Origin: an uncultured Actinomycetes bacterium
GTDB lineage: Bacteria > Actinomycetota > UBA4738 > HRBIN12
DNA length: 64,000 bases
Assembly (NCBI GenBank): GCA_963704885.1
Contig: CAVPIB010000004.1
Location: forward strand, 1,056,001-1,120,000
Direction: 5' to 3'
Made by a program: the position numbers and the translations under genes. Under the pieces are notes generated by a model. It saw only the letters and a program-made list of their open reading frames with translations, had not been told where the DNA came from and ran no database searches. This document shows positions 1 to 9,040 of this stretch, in pieces. The first letter of the stretch is position 1; every line of letters starts with the position of its first letter.

Positions 1-117
1 GAGCGCCTGCGGGCGGCCCGCGCCGCGACGATCCCCGTCTATCGCGGTCGGATCGACGGGCTCATCGCAAGCGTGAACGACGTGGCGGCCGAACTCGAGG
101 CGGTGGCTGCCTGCTGA
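1..117 (+). CDS. 3' end of an unidentified CDS (partial)
   Basis: Frame 1 is open from base 1 (ERLRAARAATIPVYRGRIDGLIASVNDVAAELEAVAAC) to TGA at 115-117; too short to identify. Confidence 0.45.
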   Translation, partial: ERLRAARAATIPVYRGRIDGLIASVNDVAAELEAVAAC

Positions 118-232
118 GCACAGCCTCGAGCGAACATCCGGTCTGAGGCTCGAAGCGTTGAGTTCGGCGTGTGACGGCCGCGAGCCGGATGGGGCAGACT
201 GAACCTTCTCTTCCAAAGGGGGGCTCTGGCCC

Positions 233-1606
233 ATGAGGACGCTCATCACCGGCGGTACCGTCGTCACCGCCATCGAGACCACGCAAGCCGACGTCGTTAT
301 CGAAGACGAGAAGGTCGCCGCGATCGGCCGGGGTATGAGCGTCGAGCCGGACGTCACGATCGACGCCACCGACCGATACGTGATGCCGGGTGGCGTCGAC
401 GTCCACACTCACATGGAGCTGCCGTTCGGCGGAAGCTTCTGCTCGGACGACTTCGAGACCGGCACCCGCGCCGCGGCGTTCGGCGGCACGACCACGATCG
501 TCGACTTCGCGGTGCAGGACTACGGCGAGGGTCTGCGCCAAGGTCTGGATCGGTGGTTCGCCAAGGCGCAGAACGCCTGCACCGACTACGGCTTCCACGT
601 GATCGTCCGCGAGGTGAACGACCAGGTCCTCAAGGAGATGGACGAACTGGTCGGCGAGGGAGTCACGTCATTCAAGCTGTTCATGGCATATCCGGGTGTG
701 TTCATGCTGGACGACGCTTCGATATTCCGAGCCATGCGCCAGGCGGCCGACTCGGGCGCGCTGATCATGATGCACGCCGAGAACGGCGGCCCGATCGACG
801 TGCTGGTCCGTCAGTTCCTGGAGGAAGGCAAGACCGATCCCATCAACCACGGCCTGACGCGCCCCGCCGTCATGGAGGGCGAAGCTGTGCACCGGGTGTT
901 CAAGCTGGCCGAGCTTGCGGGCACGCCTGCCTACATCGTCCACCTGTCCTCGCGGGATGCGCTGAACGCGCTCCGCGAGGCGCGCGATCGCGGTCAAGCC
1001 GCCTTCGCGGAGACGTGTCCGCAGTACCTCTATCTGAGCCAGGACGACATGGCGAAGCCGGGCTTCGAGGGCGCGAAGTACGTCTGCTCACCACCGCTCC
1101 GCACGGCCGACCACCAGGAGGAGCTCTGGATGGGGCTGCGCTCCGGCGACCTCTCGGTCGTGTCCACCGATCACGCGCCGTTCAACTACGAAGGTCAGAA
1201 GGACCTGGGCAAGGGGGACTTCTCCAAGATCCCGAACGGGCTTCCCTCCGTCGAGGATCGGTTCACGCTGCTGTACGGAGGGGTCGAGGCGGGCCACATC
1301 GACCTGAACCGCTTCGTGGAGCTGGTGGCCACCGCGCCGGCCAAGATGTTCGGCCTCTACCCGCGCAAGGGAACGATCGCGCCGGGATCCGATGCCGACA
1401 TCGTGGTTTTCGACCCGAAGAAGGAGCGGACGATCTCCTCGTCCACCCACCACATGCGCGTGGACTACTCGGCCTACGAGGGCCGCGTGGTTCGCGGGCT
1501 CCCCGAGGTCGTCATGCAACGCGGCGAGGTCCTGGTGAGCGGCGGGGAGTTCCTGGGCAAGCCGGGACAGGGACGCTTCCAGCCCAGGAGCCGGCTCACG
1601 GCGTAG
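233..1606 (+). CDS. hydA: Dihydropyrimidinase / D-hydantoinase (HydA/HyuA family)
   Basis: PGGVDVHTH metal motif, GGTTTIVDF, SFKLFMAY (carbamylated Lys), HAENG, CSPPLR, STDHAPF, KIPNG. Confidence 0.95.
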   Translation: MRTLITGGTVVTAIETTQADVVIEDEKVAAIGRGMSVEPDVTIDATDRYVMPGGVDVHTHMELPFGGSFCSDDFETGTRAAAFGGTTTIVDFAVQDYGEGLRQGLDRWFAKAQNACTDYGFHVIVREVNDQVLKEMDELVGEGVTSFKLFMAYPGVFMLDDASIFRAMRQAADSGALIMMHAENGGPIDVLVRQFLEEGKTDPINHGLTRPAVMEGEAVHRVFKLAELAGTPAYIVHLSSRDALNALREARDRGQAAFAETCPQYLYLSQDDMAKPGFEGAKYVCSPPLRTADHQEELWMGLRSGDLSVVSTDHAPFNYEGQKDLGKGDFSKIPNGLPSVEDRFTLLYGGVEAGHIDLNRFVELVATAPAKMFGLYPRKGTIAPGSDADIVVFDPKKERTISSSTHHMRVDYSAYEGRVVRGLPEVVMQRGEVLVSGGEFLGKPGQGRFQPRSRLTA

Positions 1607-3944
1607 CCGTGGCAGTCGGCGGTCCGGACGAGGTCCGTGGCCCGACGAGCCCGACGAGGTCGTCGGGCTTCACCGGTACCCGGTTCAGCTCGCGTCCTGT
1701 CGCATCTCGCAGGGCGGCGACGATGGCCGCGGTGGCCACGACGGTCGACGGCTCGCCGACGCCCTTCGCACCGAAGGGCACGCCCGGCTCCGGTTCCTGC
1801 ACCAGCACCGTCAACATGGGCGGCATGTCGAGGATCGTCGGGATCAGATAGTCGGTGAACGACGCGTTGCGGATGTGGCCATCCTCGAGTAGCAGCTCCT
1901 CCATCAGCGCCAGACCCAGGCCCTGCGCCGTCCCGCCCTCGACCTGTCCCTCCACGCTCTTGGGGTTGAGCGCGTTGCCGACGTCTTGGGCGGCGGCTAT
2001 CTGGATCACGCGGACCAGTCCGAGATCCTGATCCACCTCCACGACCGCGCGTTCGACCGCGAAGGCGAACGAGACGTGGACATCCCCCTGTCCCGACTCG
2101 TCCATGGGTTGGGTAGGACGGTGGTGATAGACGCGGGTCGCTTCGATGGGCTCGCCCAGGAGATCCGCGACCGAACCGAGCGCGGACCCCTCGGCCAACA
2201 CCTGTCCCCCGTCCAGGCGTAGCTCGACGGCCCGGTCGATCGAGGGCGTTCGGGCCCGCACACGATCGAAGAGCTTGTTGCGCACGGCGGCGCACGCGAG
2301 CTGCACCGCCCCTCCAGACATCATGGTCTGCCGCGAAGCCGAGCTGGAACCCGCGGAGCCGATGCTCGTGTCGGATGGATCGAGGATCACTTCTTCCACA
2401 CCCAGCTCGCTGCGAGCGATCTGCATCAAGACGGTGTGCACACCCTGGCCGACCTCCGCCGCCGCGCTGTGTATCTCCACGAGCGGCCCGTCGGCTCCCA
2501 TCGAGAGCCTGACGCTCGCCTCCGACGAGTCGTCGAACCCCTCGCTGTAGGCCGTGTTCTTGTACCCGACCGCGAAGCCGACACCGCGTCTCAAGCCCTC
2601 ACCGTGCCCGACGTTCTGCGCTCCCCCCGGGACGGTGATGGGATCCCTTCCGTCCAGACCCGCCGCCCGCTCGGGCGGCATCGGGATCGCCGCGCATCGC
2701 TCGATGAGCTCCCTGACCGGCGCAGTCCCGCCGATGACCTGGCCCGTGGGCAGGGTCGAGCCGGTGGACAGGGCGTTCTTCAGGCGGAGCTCGACCGGGT
2801 CCATGCCCAGTGCGTGGGCGAGCTTGTCCATCTGTCCCTCGTAGGCGAAGCAGGCCTGGACCGCGCCGAACCCACGCATCGCGCCGCACGGCGGATTGTT
2901 GGTGTAGACGCCCGTCCCTTCGATGAGCGCATTCGGAACCTCGTAGGGCCCGCATGCGAACGTGGCGGCGTTTCCGATCACGGCCGTCGACGACGAGGCG
3001 TAGGCTCCTCCGTCCATCAGCAATCGGGCCCGGACGTTGACGAGGCTGCCGTCAGTGTTGGCTCCGTGACGCATCCAGATCCGCGAGGGATGGCGATGCA
3101 CGTGGCCGAGGAAGGACTCGGCACGTCCGTACGACATCTTCACGGGCCTGCCGGTGTGCAGTGCCAGCATGCTCGCGTGTATCTGCATGCTGAGGTCCTC
3201 GCGTGCGCCGAACGCTCCGCCGACCCCCGCGAGATGCACGCGGACCTTCTCTTCGGGCAGACCCAGGCAGGGTGCCATCTGCTGGCGGTCTACGTGCAGC
3301 CACTGGGTGGCGACGTAGACGTCGATCCCTCCGTCCTCGGCGGGCACCGCCAGACCCGCCTCCGGCCCCAGCGGCGCCTGGTCCTGCATCCCCGTCTCGT
3401 AGTAGCCCTCCACCCACACGTCGGCATCCGTATCGGGATCGCCGTGGACGATGCGGACGTTGCGCAGGATGTTGCCGAGCCCCGCGACCTTCGGCGCGTC
3501 GGGCCTGAGCGCCTCCTCCATGTCGGTGACGGCCGGGAGGATCTCGTAGTCCACCACCACGCTGGCCGCCGCCCGTCGAGCCAGCTCCGGATGCTCGGCC
3601 GCCACGATCACGACCGGCTCTCCCACGTACCGCACCTCGTCCCAAGCCAGGACGGGCTGGTCGGCGACATCCAGGCCGTACGTCCTCTTGCCGGGAACGT
3701 CGTCGGCGGTGAGCACGGCGTAAACCCCGGGGCTCGCCACCGCGCCCGCCACCTGTATCGAGCGGATCCTGGCGTGCGGATGAGGGCTGCGGAGCGTATG
3801 TCCCCAGAGCATCTCGTTCGCCCACAGGTCGCTCCCGTAGGCGAACGAACCCTTGGTCTTGGGGATCCCGTCTATCCGCGCGACGTCTTCCCCCATACCC
3901 CCCCGGGTGCGATCCCTCAGGCGCGTGTCACTCAAGGTCGACAC
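1596..3944 (-). CDS. Xanthine dehydrogenase family molybdopterin-binding subunit (PucD-like)
   Basis: VGGAFGARED, AMRGFG, SSASRQT, GQVEGG, GAKGVGEP. GTG at 3944 directly follows the upstream stop; the ORF-track extension to 4625 overlaps the deaminase and is discarded. Confidence 0.92.
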   Translation of the reverse strand: MSTLSDTRLRDRTRGGMGEDVARIDGIPKTKGSFAYGSDLWANEMLWGHTLRSPHPHARIRSIQVAGAVASPGVYAVLTADDVPGKRTYGLDVADQPVLAWDEVRYVGEPVVIVAAEHPELARRAAASVVVDYEILPAVTDMEEALRPDAPKVAGLGNILRNVRIVHGDPDTDADVWVEGYYETGMQDQAPLGPEAGLAVPAEDGGIDVYVATQWLHVDRQQMAPCLGLPEEKVRVHLAGVGGAFGAREDLSMQIHASMLALHTGRPVKMSYGRAESFLGHVHRHPSRIWMRHGANTDGSLVNVRARLLMDGGAYASSSTAVIGNAATFACGPYEVPNALIEGTGVYTNNPPCGAMRGFGAVQACFAYEGQMDKLAHALGMDPVELRLKNALSTGSTLPTGQVIGGTAPVRELIERCAAIPMPPERAAGLDGRDPITVPGGAQNVGHGEGLRRGVGFAVGYKNTAYSEGFDDSSEASVRLSMGADGPLVEIHSAAAEVGQGVHTVLMQIARSELGVEEVILDPSDTSIGSAGSSSASRQTMMSGGAVQLACAAVRNKLFDRVRARTPSIDRAVELRLDGGQVLAEGSALGSVADLLGEPIEATRVYHHRPTQPMDESGQGDVHVSFAFAVERAVVEVDQDLGLVRVIQIAAAQDVGNALNPKSVEGQVEGGTAQGLGLALMEELLLEDGHIRNASFTDYLIPTILDMPPMLTVLVQEPEPGVPFGAKGVGEPSTVVATAAIVAALRDATGRELNRVPVKPDDLVGLVGPRTSSGPPTATATP

Positions 3945-3945
3945 C

Positions 3946-5301
3946 TCAGCTCTTCCCCGCCAGGCGCCGCCCGACCCGCCGGGCTTCGGCCGCAACCTCG
4001 TCCTCATCGACGTTGGCCAGGCGGCCCTCACGAACGACAACCCTGCCCTCCACGAAGAGATGCCGCACCTGCTTGGGAGCGCACAGGAGCACCGCCGCGA
4101 CCGGGTCGGCCTCGGCGCCGGCGAAGCCGAGGCCATCCAGCCCGACGAGAGCGATATCGGCTCGCTTCCCGGGCTCGAGCGATCCGATGTCGTCCCTGCC
4201 CAGGCACGCCGCGCCGCCCCGCGTTGCCACCCGCAGGACGTCACGGGCGGCCATAGCCTCCGCGCCTCCGAACGCTCGCGCCGACAGCAGAGCCTGACGC
4301 GACTCGGCGAGCATGTTGCCGATGTCGTTCGACGCCGAGCCGTCCACACCCAGGCCGACGATGGCGCCCGCGTCGAGGAGCGATCGGGCGGGAGCGATGC
4401 CCGAGCCGAGCCGCATGTTCGACGAGGGACACCAGGCGACACCGGAGCCGGTCTCCGCGATCCTGTGGATGTCTGCGTCGTCCAGGTGCACGCAGTGGGC
4501 CAGCCAGACGTCTGGCCCCAACCAGCCTTGTTCCTCGAGCAGTTCGATCGGACGTTTCCCGAAGGTCTCCAGGCAGAAGGCCTCTTCGTCCTTCGTCTCG
4601 GCGATGTGCGTGTGGAGCCTGACACCCAGACGACGAGCGAGCTCGGCCGACTCGCGCATCAGCTTGTCGGTGGCGGAGAAGGGCGAGCACGGAGCCACCC
4701 CGATCCGCAGCATCGCGCCCGGCTCGGGGTCGTGGAACCGCCCGACCGTATCCTCGGTCTGCGCCAGGATCGTGTCGGTCTCCTGAACGACCGAGTCGGG
4801 CGGCAGCCCTCCCGCCGAGCTGCCCAGATCCATCGAGCCCCGGCAGGGGTGGAACCGCAGGCCGATCTCGGCCGCCGCCTCGATCTCGGTTTCCAGCAGC
4901 TCCCCCGCCCCCTGGGGGAACACGTAGTGGTGGTCCGCGGTCGTGGAGCATCCGGAGAGGGCGAGCTCGGCCAGGCCCACGGCCGACGCCGCACGCATCC
5001 ACTCCTGGTCGACGCCGGCCCACACGGGGTAGAGCTCGGTGAGCCAACCGAACAACCCCTGGTCGGCCGCCCGAGCCCGGGTCATGGTCTGGTAGAGGTG
5101 GTGGTGCGTGTTCACCAGACCGGGGATGGCCACGGTGCCGCGGCCGTCCACGCGCTCGGCTCCCTCCGCGCCGGGGGGCGCACCCGAACCGGCCCATGCG
5201 ATGACGCCGTCGTTCACAAGGATGGAGCCCCCTGCGATCTCGGATCCTCGGTCGTCCATGGTCACGACGACCTCGCACGACTCGATGAGCACCTGGCCCA
5301 C
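3946..5301 (-). CDS. 8-oxoguanine deaminase-like amidohydrolase
   Basis: VNTHHHLYQT, APCSPFS, HTHIAE, WLAHCVH, CPSSNMRLGSG, GVDGSASND. Confidence 0.85.
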   Translation of the reverse strand: MGQVLIESCEVVVTMDDRGSEIAGGSILVNDGVIAWAGSGAPPGAEGAERVDGRGTVAIPGLVNTHHHLYQTMTRARAADQGLFGWLTELYPVWAGVDQEWMRAASAVGLAELALSGCSTTADHHYVFPQGAGELLETEIEAAAEIGLRFHPCRGSMDLGSSAGGLPPDSVVQETDTILAQTEDTVGRFHDPEPGAMLRIGVAPCSPFSATDKLMRESAELARRLGVRLHTHIAETKDEEAFCLETFGKRPIELLEEQGWLGPDVWLAHCVHLDDADIHRIAETGSGVAWCPSSNMRLGSGIAPARSLLDAGAIVGLGVDGSASNDIGNMLAESRQALLSARAFGGAEAMAARDVLRVATRGGAACLGRDDIGSLEPGKRADIALVGLDGLGFAGAEADPVAAVLLCAPKQVRHLFVEGRVVVREGRLANVDEDEVAAEARRVGRRLAGKS

Positions 5302-5775
5302 CTAGCTCGCCTCCTCGGGCATCCGCTCCGCGGCGAGCCACACCGCATCGAGGATCTTCGCGTACCCCGTGCAGCGACATAGATTGCCCGACAGCGCCTC
5401 TCGAACAACGGGCTCGGTCGGCGCCGGGTCATGCTCCAGCAGGTCGGTCACGGCCACGATCAGGCCCGGCGTGCAGAACCCGCACTGAACCGCGCCCGCA
5501 TCGACGAACGCCCGCTGTACAGGATGGACCTGGTCGGTCGCCGCGAGCCCCTCGACCGTTCGGACCTCTCGCTCATGCGCCTGCGCCGCCAGGACCAGGC
5601 ACGAGCACACCAGCTCGCCGTCCAGCCAAACGGTGCACGAGCCGCATTCGCCTTGTTCGCATGCGTTCTTCGACCCGGGCAGGCCCATCTCCTCCCGCAG
5701 CACATACAGGAGGTTGGAGCCGGGCCAGACGTCGGCCTCCCGCCACTCGCCGTTGACGCTCACCCGGATCAGCAC
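5302..5775 (-). CDS. Xanthine dehydrogenase 2Fe-2S subunit (PucE/CoxS-like)
   Basis: [14 protein letters not shown] and NLCRCTGY motifs; GTG start at 5775 inferred. Confidence 0.92.
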   Translation of the reverse strand: MLIRVSVNGEWREADVWPGSNLLYVLREEMGLPGSKNACEQGECGSCTVWLDGELVCSCLVLAAQAHEREVRTVEGLAATDQVHPVQRAFVDAGAVQCGFCTPGLIVAVTDLLEHDPAPTEPVVREALSGNLCRCTGYAKILDAVWLAAERMPEEAS

Positions 5776-5788
5776 CGCCACCCCCCGG

Positions 5789-6667
5789 TCATGTTCGCTC
5801 GATCCCATCCCGGCGCGACGCCAGGGCCCACCCCAGCGCACGTCGCGCCAGGACCAAGCATGCGTGTCGCCGGTACGCGGCCGACCCTCGCACATCGTCG
5901 ATAGGTCTCGCCGCGGCCGCGACCCGTTCGGCGAACCCCTCTATCTCCTCCGAGGCCAGAGCCGCCGCCGGCTCGTCCCATGTGCCGGACCGAGCCAGCG
6001 CCTCGGCCACGAACACCTCAGCGTCGGGCGCACGCAAGACGGTCGGTCCCACGGATCCGAGGGCGACGCGGACCGCGCGGGCGTCCTCGTCCAGCACCAG
6101 ACACAAGCCGGCCACCGAGATCACCATGGCGTTGCGCGTCCCTATCTTCGAGAACGAACCTGGCCCGCGAACCGCTCGCCATCTGGCGCCCAGGATCAGC
6201 TCTTCGGGTTCCAAGGCGGTCTGTTTCGGGCCGAGGTGGAACTCGTCCCAGCGCAAGGTCCGGGTGCGCCTCGCGCTCACGAGGACTATCTGCGCGTCGT
6301 AGGCGGCGAGCACCGGTAGCGCATCGCCGGCGGGCGAACCGGTGCCCAGATTGCCTCCCACCGTTCCGCGGGTGCGGATCTGTGGGGAGCCCACCGTCCG
6401 GGACGCCTGCGCGAGCGGCGTGAGATCGGACAGCTCTCGCAGGATCCGGCCATACGTCACGCCCGCCCCGAGGAAGATGGCGCCCTCCTCTCGCCTCCAC
6501 TCGCGCAGCTCTGGCAGGCGGCAGATGTCGATCATGATCTCCGGCCGGCGCAGGTCGAAGTTCAGCTCGACCATCACGTCAGTACCTCCGGCTATCGGGA
6601 GCGCTCCCGGGTGGGCGGCCCTCATCTCCAGGGCCTCGTCGAGCGTCCGCGCCAGCAACACATCCAT
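5789..6667 (-). CDS. Xanthine dehydrogenase FAD-binding subunit (PucC/CoxM-like)
   Basis: IAGGTD, GTVGGNLGTGSPAGD, PIDDVRGSAAYRR; ATG at 6667. Confidence 0.92.
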   Translation of the reverse strand: MDVLLARTLDEALEMRAAHPGALPIAGGTDVMVELNFDLRRPEIMIDICRLPELREWRREEGAIFLGAGVTYGRILRELSDLTPLAQASRTVGSPQIRTRGTVGGNLGTGSPAGDALPVLAAYDAQIVLVSARRTRTLRWDEFHLGPKQTALEPEELILGARWRAVRGPGSFSKIGTRNAMVISVAGLCLVLDEDARAVRVALGSVGPTVLRAPDAEVFVAEALARSGTWDEPAAALASEEIEGFAERVAAAARPIDDVRGSAAYRRHACLVLARRALGWALASRRDGIERT

Positions 6668-6678
6668 GAAGGATCCCC

Positions 6679-7696
6679 TTAGAACTCCCCGTCGGCGAAG
6701 GCGTCGATCATCGCAGGCACATCGTCTCCGACCGGGTAAAGGATCGGGCAGGTGCAGCCGGCCTCGACGTACTCGCGGACCTTCGCCCTGCACTCGTCGG
6801 GCGTTCCCGCGGCGGAGATCAGCTGCACTGCTTCGTCTGGCACGAGCTTCATGGCGCGGTGGATCTCCTCCGGTCCCGCCGGCCACGTGAGGACCTTGCC
6901 GATCTCCTCGATCAGTGCAGGGTCGATGCCGCTCGCCTTCATGATGTGCGGCTGCTGGCCAAGGTATTGCGTGAGCAGCTCACGAGCTCGATCGAGCGCG
7001 ACGTCTCGATCGTCGTCGAGCGAGCACACGACCAGCTGCGGACGATCGATGTCTTCCACACTTCTACCTACGCGAGCCGCTCCGGCGGCCAGAGCGCGCA
7101 TGGCCTCCTGGTTGTATAGAGGTCCCACCATGTAGTTGAGCACCACTCCGTCCGCGATCTCGCCGGCGAGCTCCATCATCTTCATCCCGGTCGCTCCGAC
7201 GTAGATCGGAACGTTCTTCGGCGAGCGATCGCCGTGCACGATGTCGATCTCGATGTCGTCGACATGGACGAGCTCCCCGTGGAACGTCACGCGTTCCATC
7301 GCCAGGAGCCGTCGCACGACCTCCACGGTCTCGCGCATCGCCAGCAGGGGTTTCCGACGCTGGATCCCGACCTTCGAGGCGAGTGGGTCCCACCAGGCGC
7401 CGATGCCCAGCAGGATCCGTGCCGGGCGCGAGGTCGTCCAGCGTCGAGAACGTGGCCGCGAGCAGACCGACGTTGCGGGTCCAATTGTTGACCACACCCG
7501 AGCCGACCTTGATCCGATCGGTAACGGCGGCGAACGCGGCCATCGGCACGGTCGCTTCTCGGACCAGCCGGCTCTCGGCCTGCCACACCGCCTCGAATCC
7601 CCGCTCCTCGGCGTAGCGCGCATACTCCATCCCCTCGCGGATCGGATGCTTGTCCTGCAGATACAGCGCCACCCTTCCCTCGGTCCTCACGCTCAA
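6679..7696 (-). CDS. LLM-class (Mer-like, probably F420-dependent) oxidoreductase; one frameshift near 7420
   Basis: N-half ([12 protein letters not shown]...TLDDLAPG) and C-half ([10 protein letters not shown]...VPIYVGATG...GEIADGV) lie in different frames; removing one base at ~7420 gives APGRILLGIG. TTG start overlaps the ssnA stop. Confidence 0.85.
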
Positions 7697-9024
7697 GAGG
7701 CGTCTCCTCCCAACGGATCGAAGCCGTGCGGCTCGATCGACGAGTACCGCTCCCACAGGCGTCGGGCGACCTCCGAGGCTTTCGCCGCGAGTTCGTCTTG
7801 GTCGACCTTGACGAGCCGCCGTTCCCGCACCACGAGCTCGCCGGCCACGATGACGTCTCGCACAGCGCGGGAGGCGAGGCCGAACATCCGATGTCCGGCC
7901 AGGTTCTCGGCCGTCAGCGGGGTGGGCACAGGAGCATCGAGCACCACGAGATCCGCGGCGGCCCCGGGCTCGATCCGCCCGAACGCCGTCTCTTCGAAGA
8001 GCCTGCCCACGAGGCGGCCGCCCTCGGCCAGGCGTGCCGACGGCCATCCGATCGGGAACGAGACGTCGTCATCCCTGGCCCGGAAGTACGCAGCCTTGGC
8101 CTCCGCGAACATGTCGGCGCCGATGCCATCGGTGCCCAGCGCGACCCTATCGCCGAGCGCTGCGACCGCCGCATGACCGACCGAGTTGTTCATATTGGAC
8201 GTGGGGTTGTGCGCGACCGACGCACCCGACTCCCGCACGGACGCCGTCTCGGCTTCGTCAAGGTGGATGCAGTGGGCGAGCAGGGCGCCATCATGCAGCA
8301 CGCCCGCCTTCTCGAGCCTCGGAACCACCCTGATGCCGAAGCGCTCGACCGCGTCTCTTTGATCGCTCACGTCTTCAGCGACGTGGATGTGCAGGCCCGC
8401 GCCCGTCCGTGCCGACACATCCACGCACGCGTCGAGCGTCTCAGGCGAGAGCGTGAAGGACGCGTGGGCCCCCACCATGCCTCGCGCCAGGGGCCGGCGC
8501 TGCGCGAGGAACCGTTCGTTCTCAAGTACTCCAGCCGCGGCGATCCCGGCGCCGTCCCTGTCGCTCACCTCGTAGCAGAGCACCGACCGTATGCCGACCT
8601 CCTCGAGCGCGTTGGCCACGATGTCGAGCGAGCCGTCGACGGCGTTCGGGGATGCGTGGTGATCGACCACCGTGGTGGTTCCGCAGAGCAGCGCTTCCAT
8701 GCCGCCGACCAGCGCGGAAGCGCGGATCGACTCCTCATCCAACGCCCGGTCCAGCCGCCACCAGATGCGCTGGAGGATCTGCACGAAGTTCTCAGGTGGG
8801 GCGAGCCCGTAAGGCATGCCGCGCGCGAGAGCGGAATACAGATGGGTGTGGGCGCACACGTTGCCCGGCACGATCAGGCACCCGGTGCAATCGAGCCTGG
8901 TCCCGCCGCCGGTGGCACTCCCCGGCGCCGAAACGTGGCCGCCTTCCACCACCACGTCGGTCCGTTCGATCATGGGGGGCTCGAGCGCGGAGACCACCGT
9001 CCCCCCCGAGAGCACGAGGGTCAT
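7693..9024 (-). CDS. ssnA: SsnA-family amidohydrolase
   Basis: [52 protein letters not shown]; sits next to Se-type xdh and yge genes. Confidence 0.8.
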   Translation of the reverse strand: MTLVLSGGTVVSALEPPMIERTDVVVEGGHVSAPGSATGGGTRLDCTGCLIVPGNVCAHTHLYSALARGMPYGLAPPENFVQILQRIWWRLDRALDEESIRASALVGGMEALLCGTTTVVDHHASPNAVDGSLDIVANALEEVGIRSVLCYEVSDRDGAGIAAAGVLENERFLAQRRPLARGMVGAHASFTLSPETLDACVDVSARTGAGLHIHVAEDVSDQRDAVERFGIRVVPRLEKAGVLHDGALLAHCIHLDEAETASVRESGASVAHNPTSNMNNSVGHAAVAALGDRVALGTDGIGADMFAEAKAAYFRARDDDVSFPIGWPSARLAEGGRLVGRLFEETAFGRIEPGAAADLVVLDAPVPTPLTAENLAGHRMFGLASRAVRDVIVAGELVVRERRLVKVDQDELAAKASEVARRLWERYSSIEPHGFDPLGGDAS

Positions 9025-9040
9025 CGTTCGCCCGCTCCGC

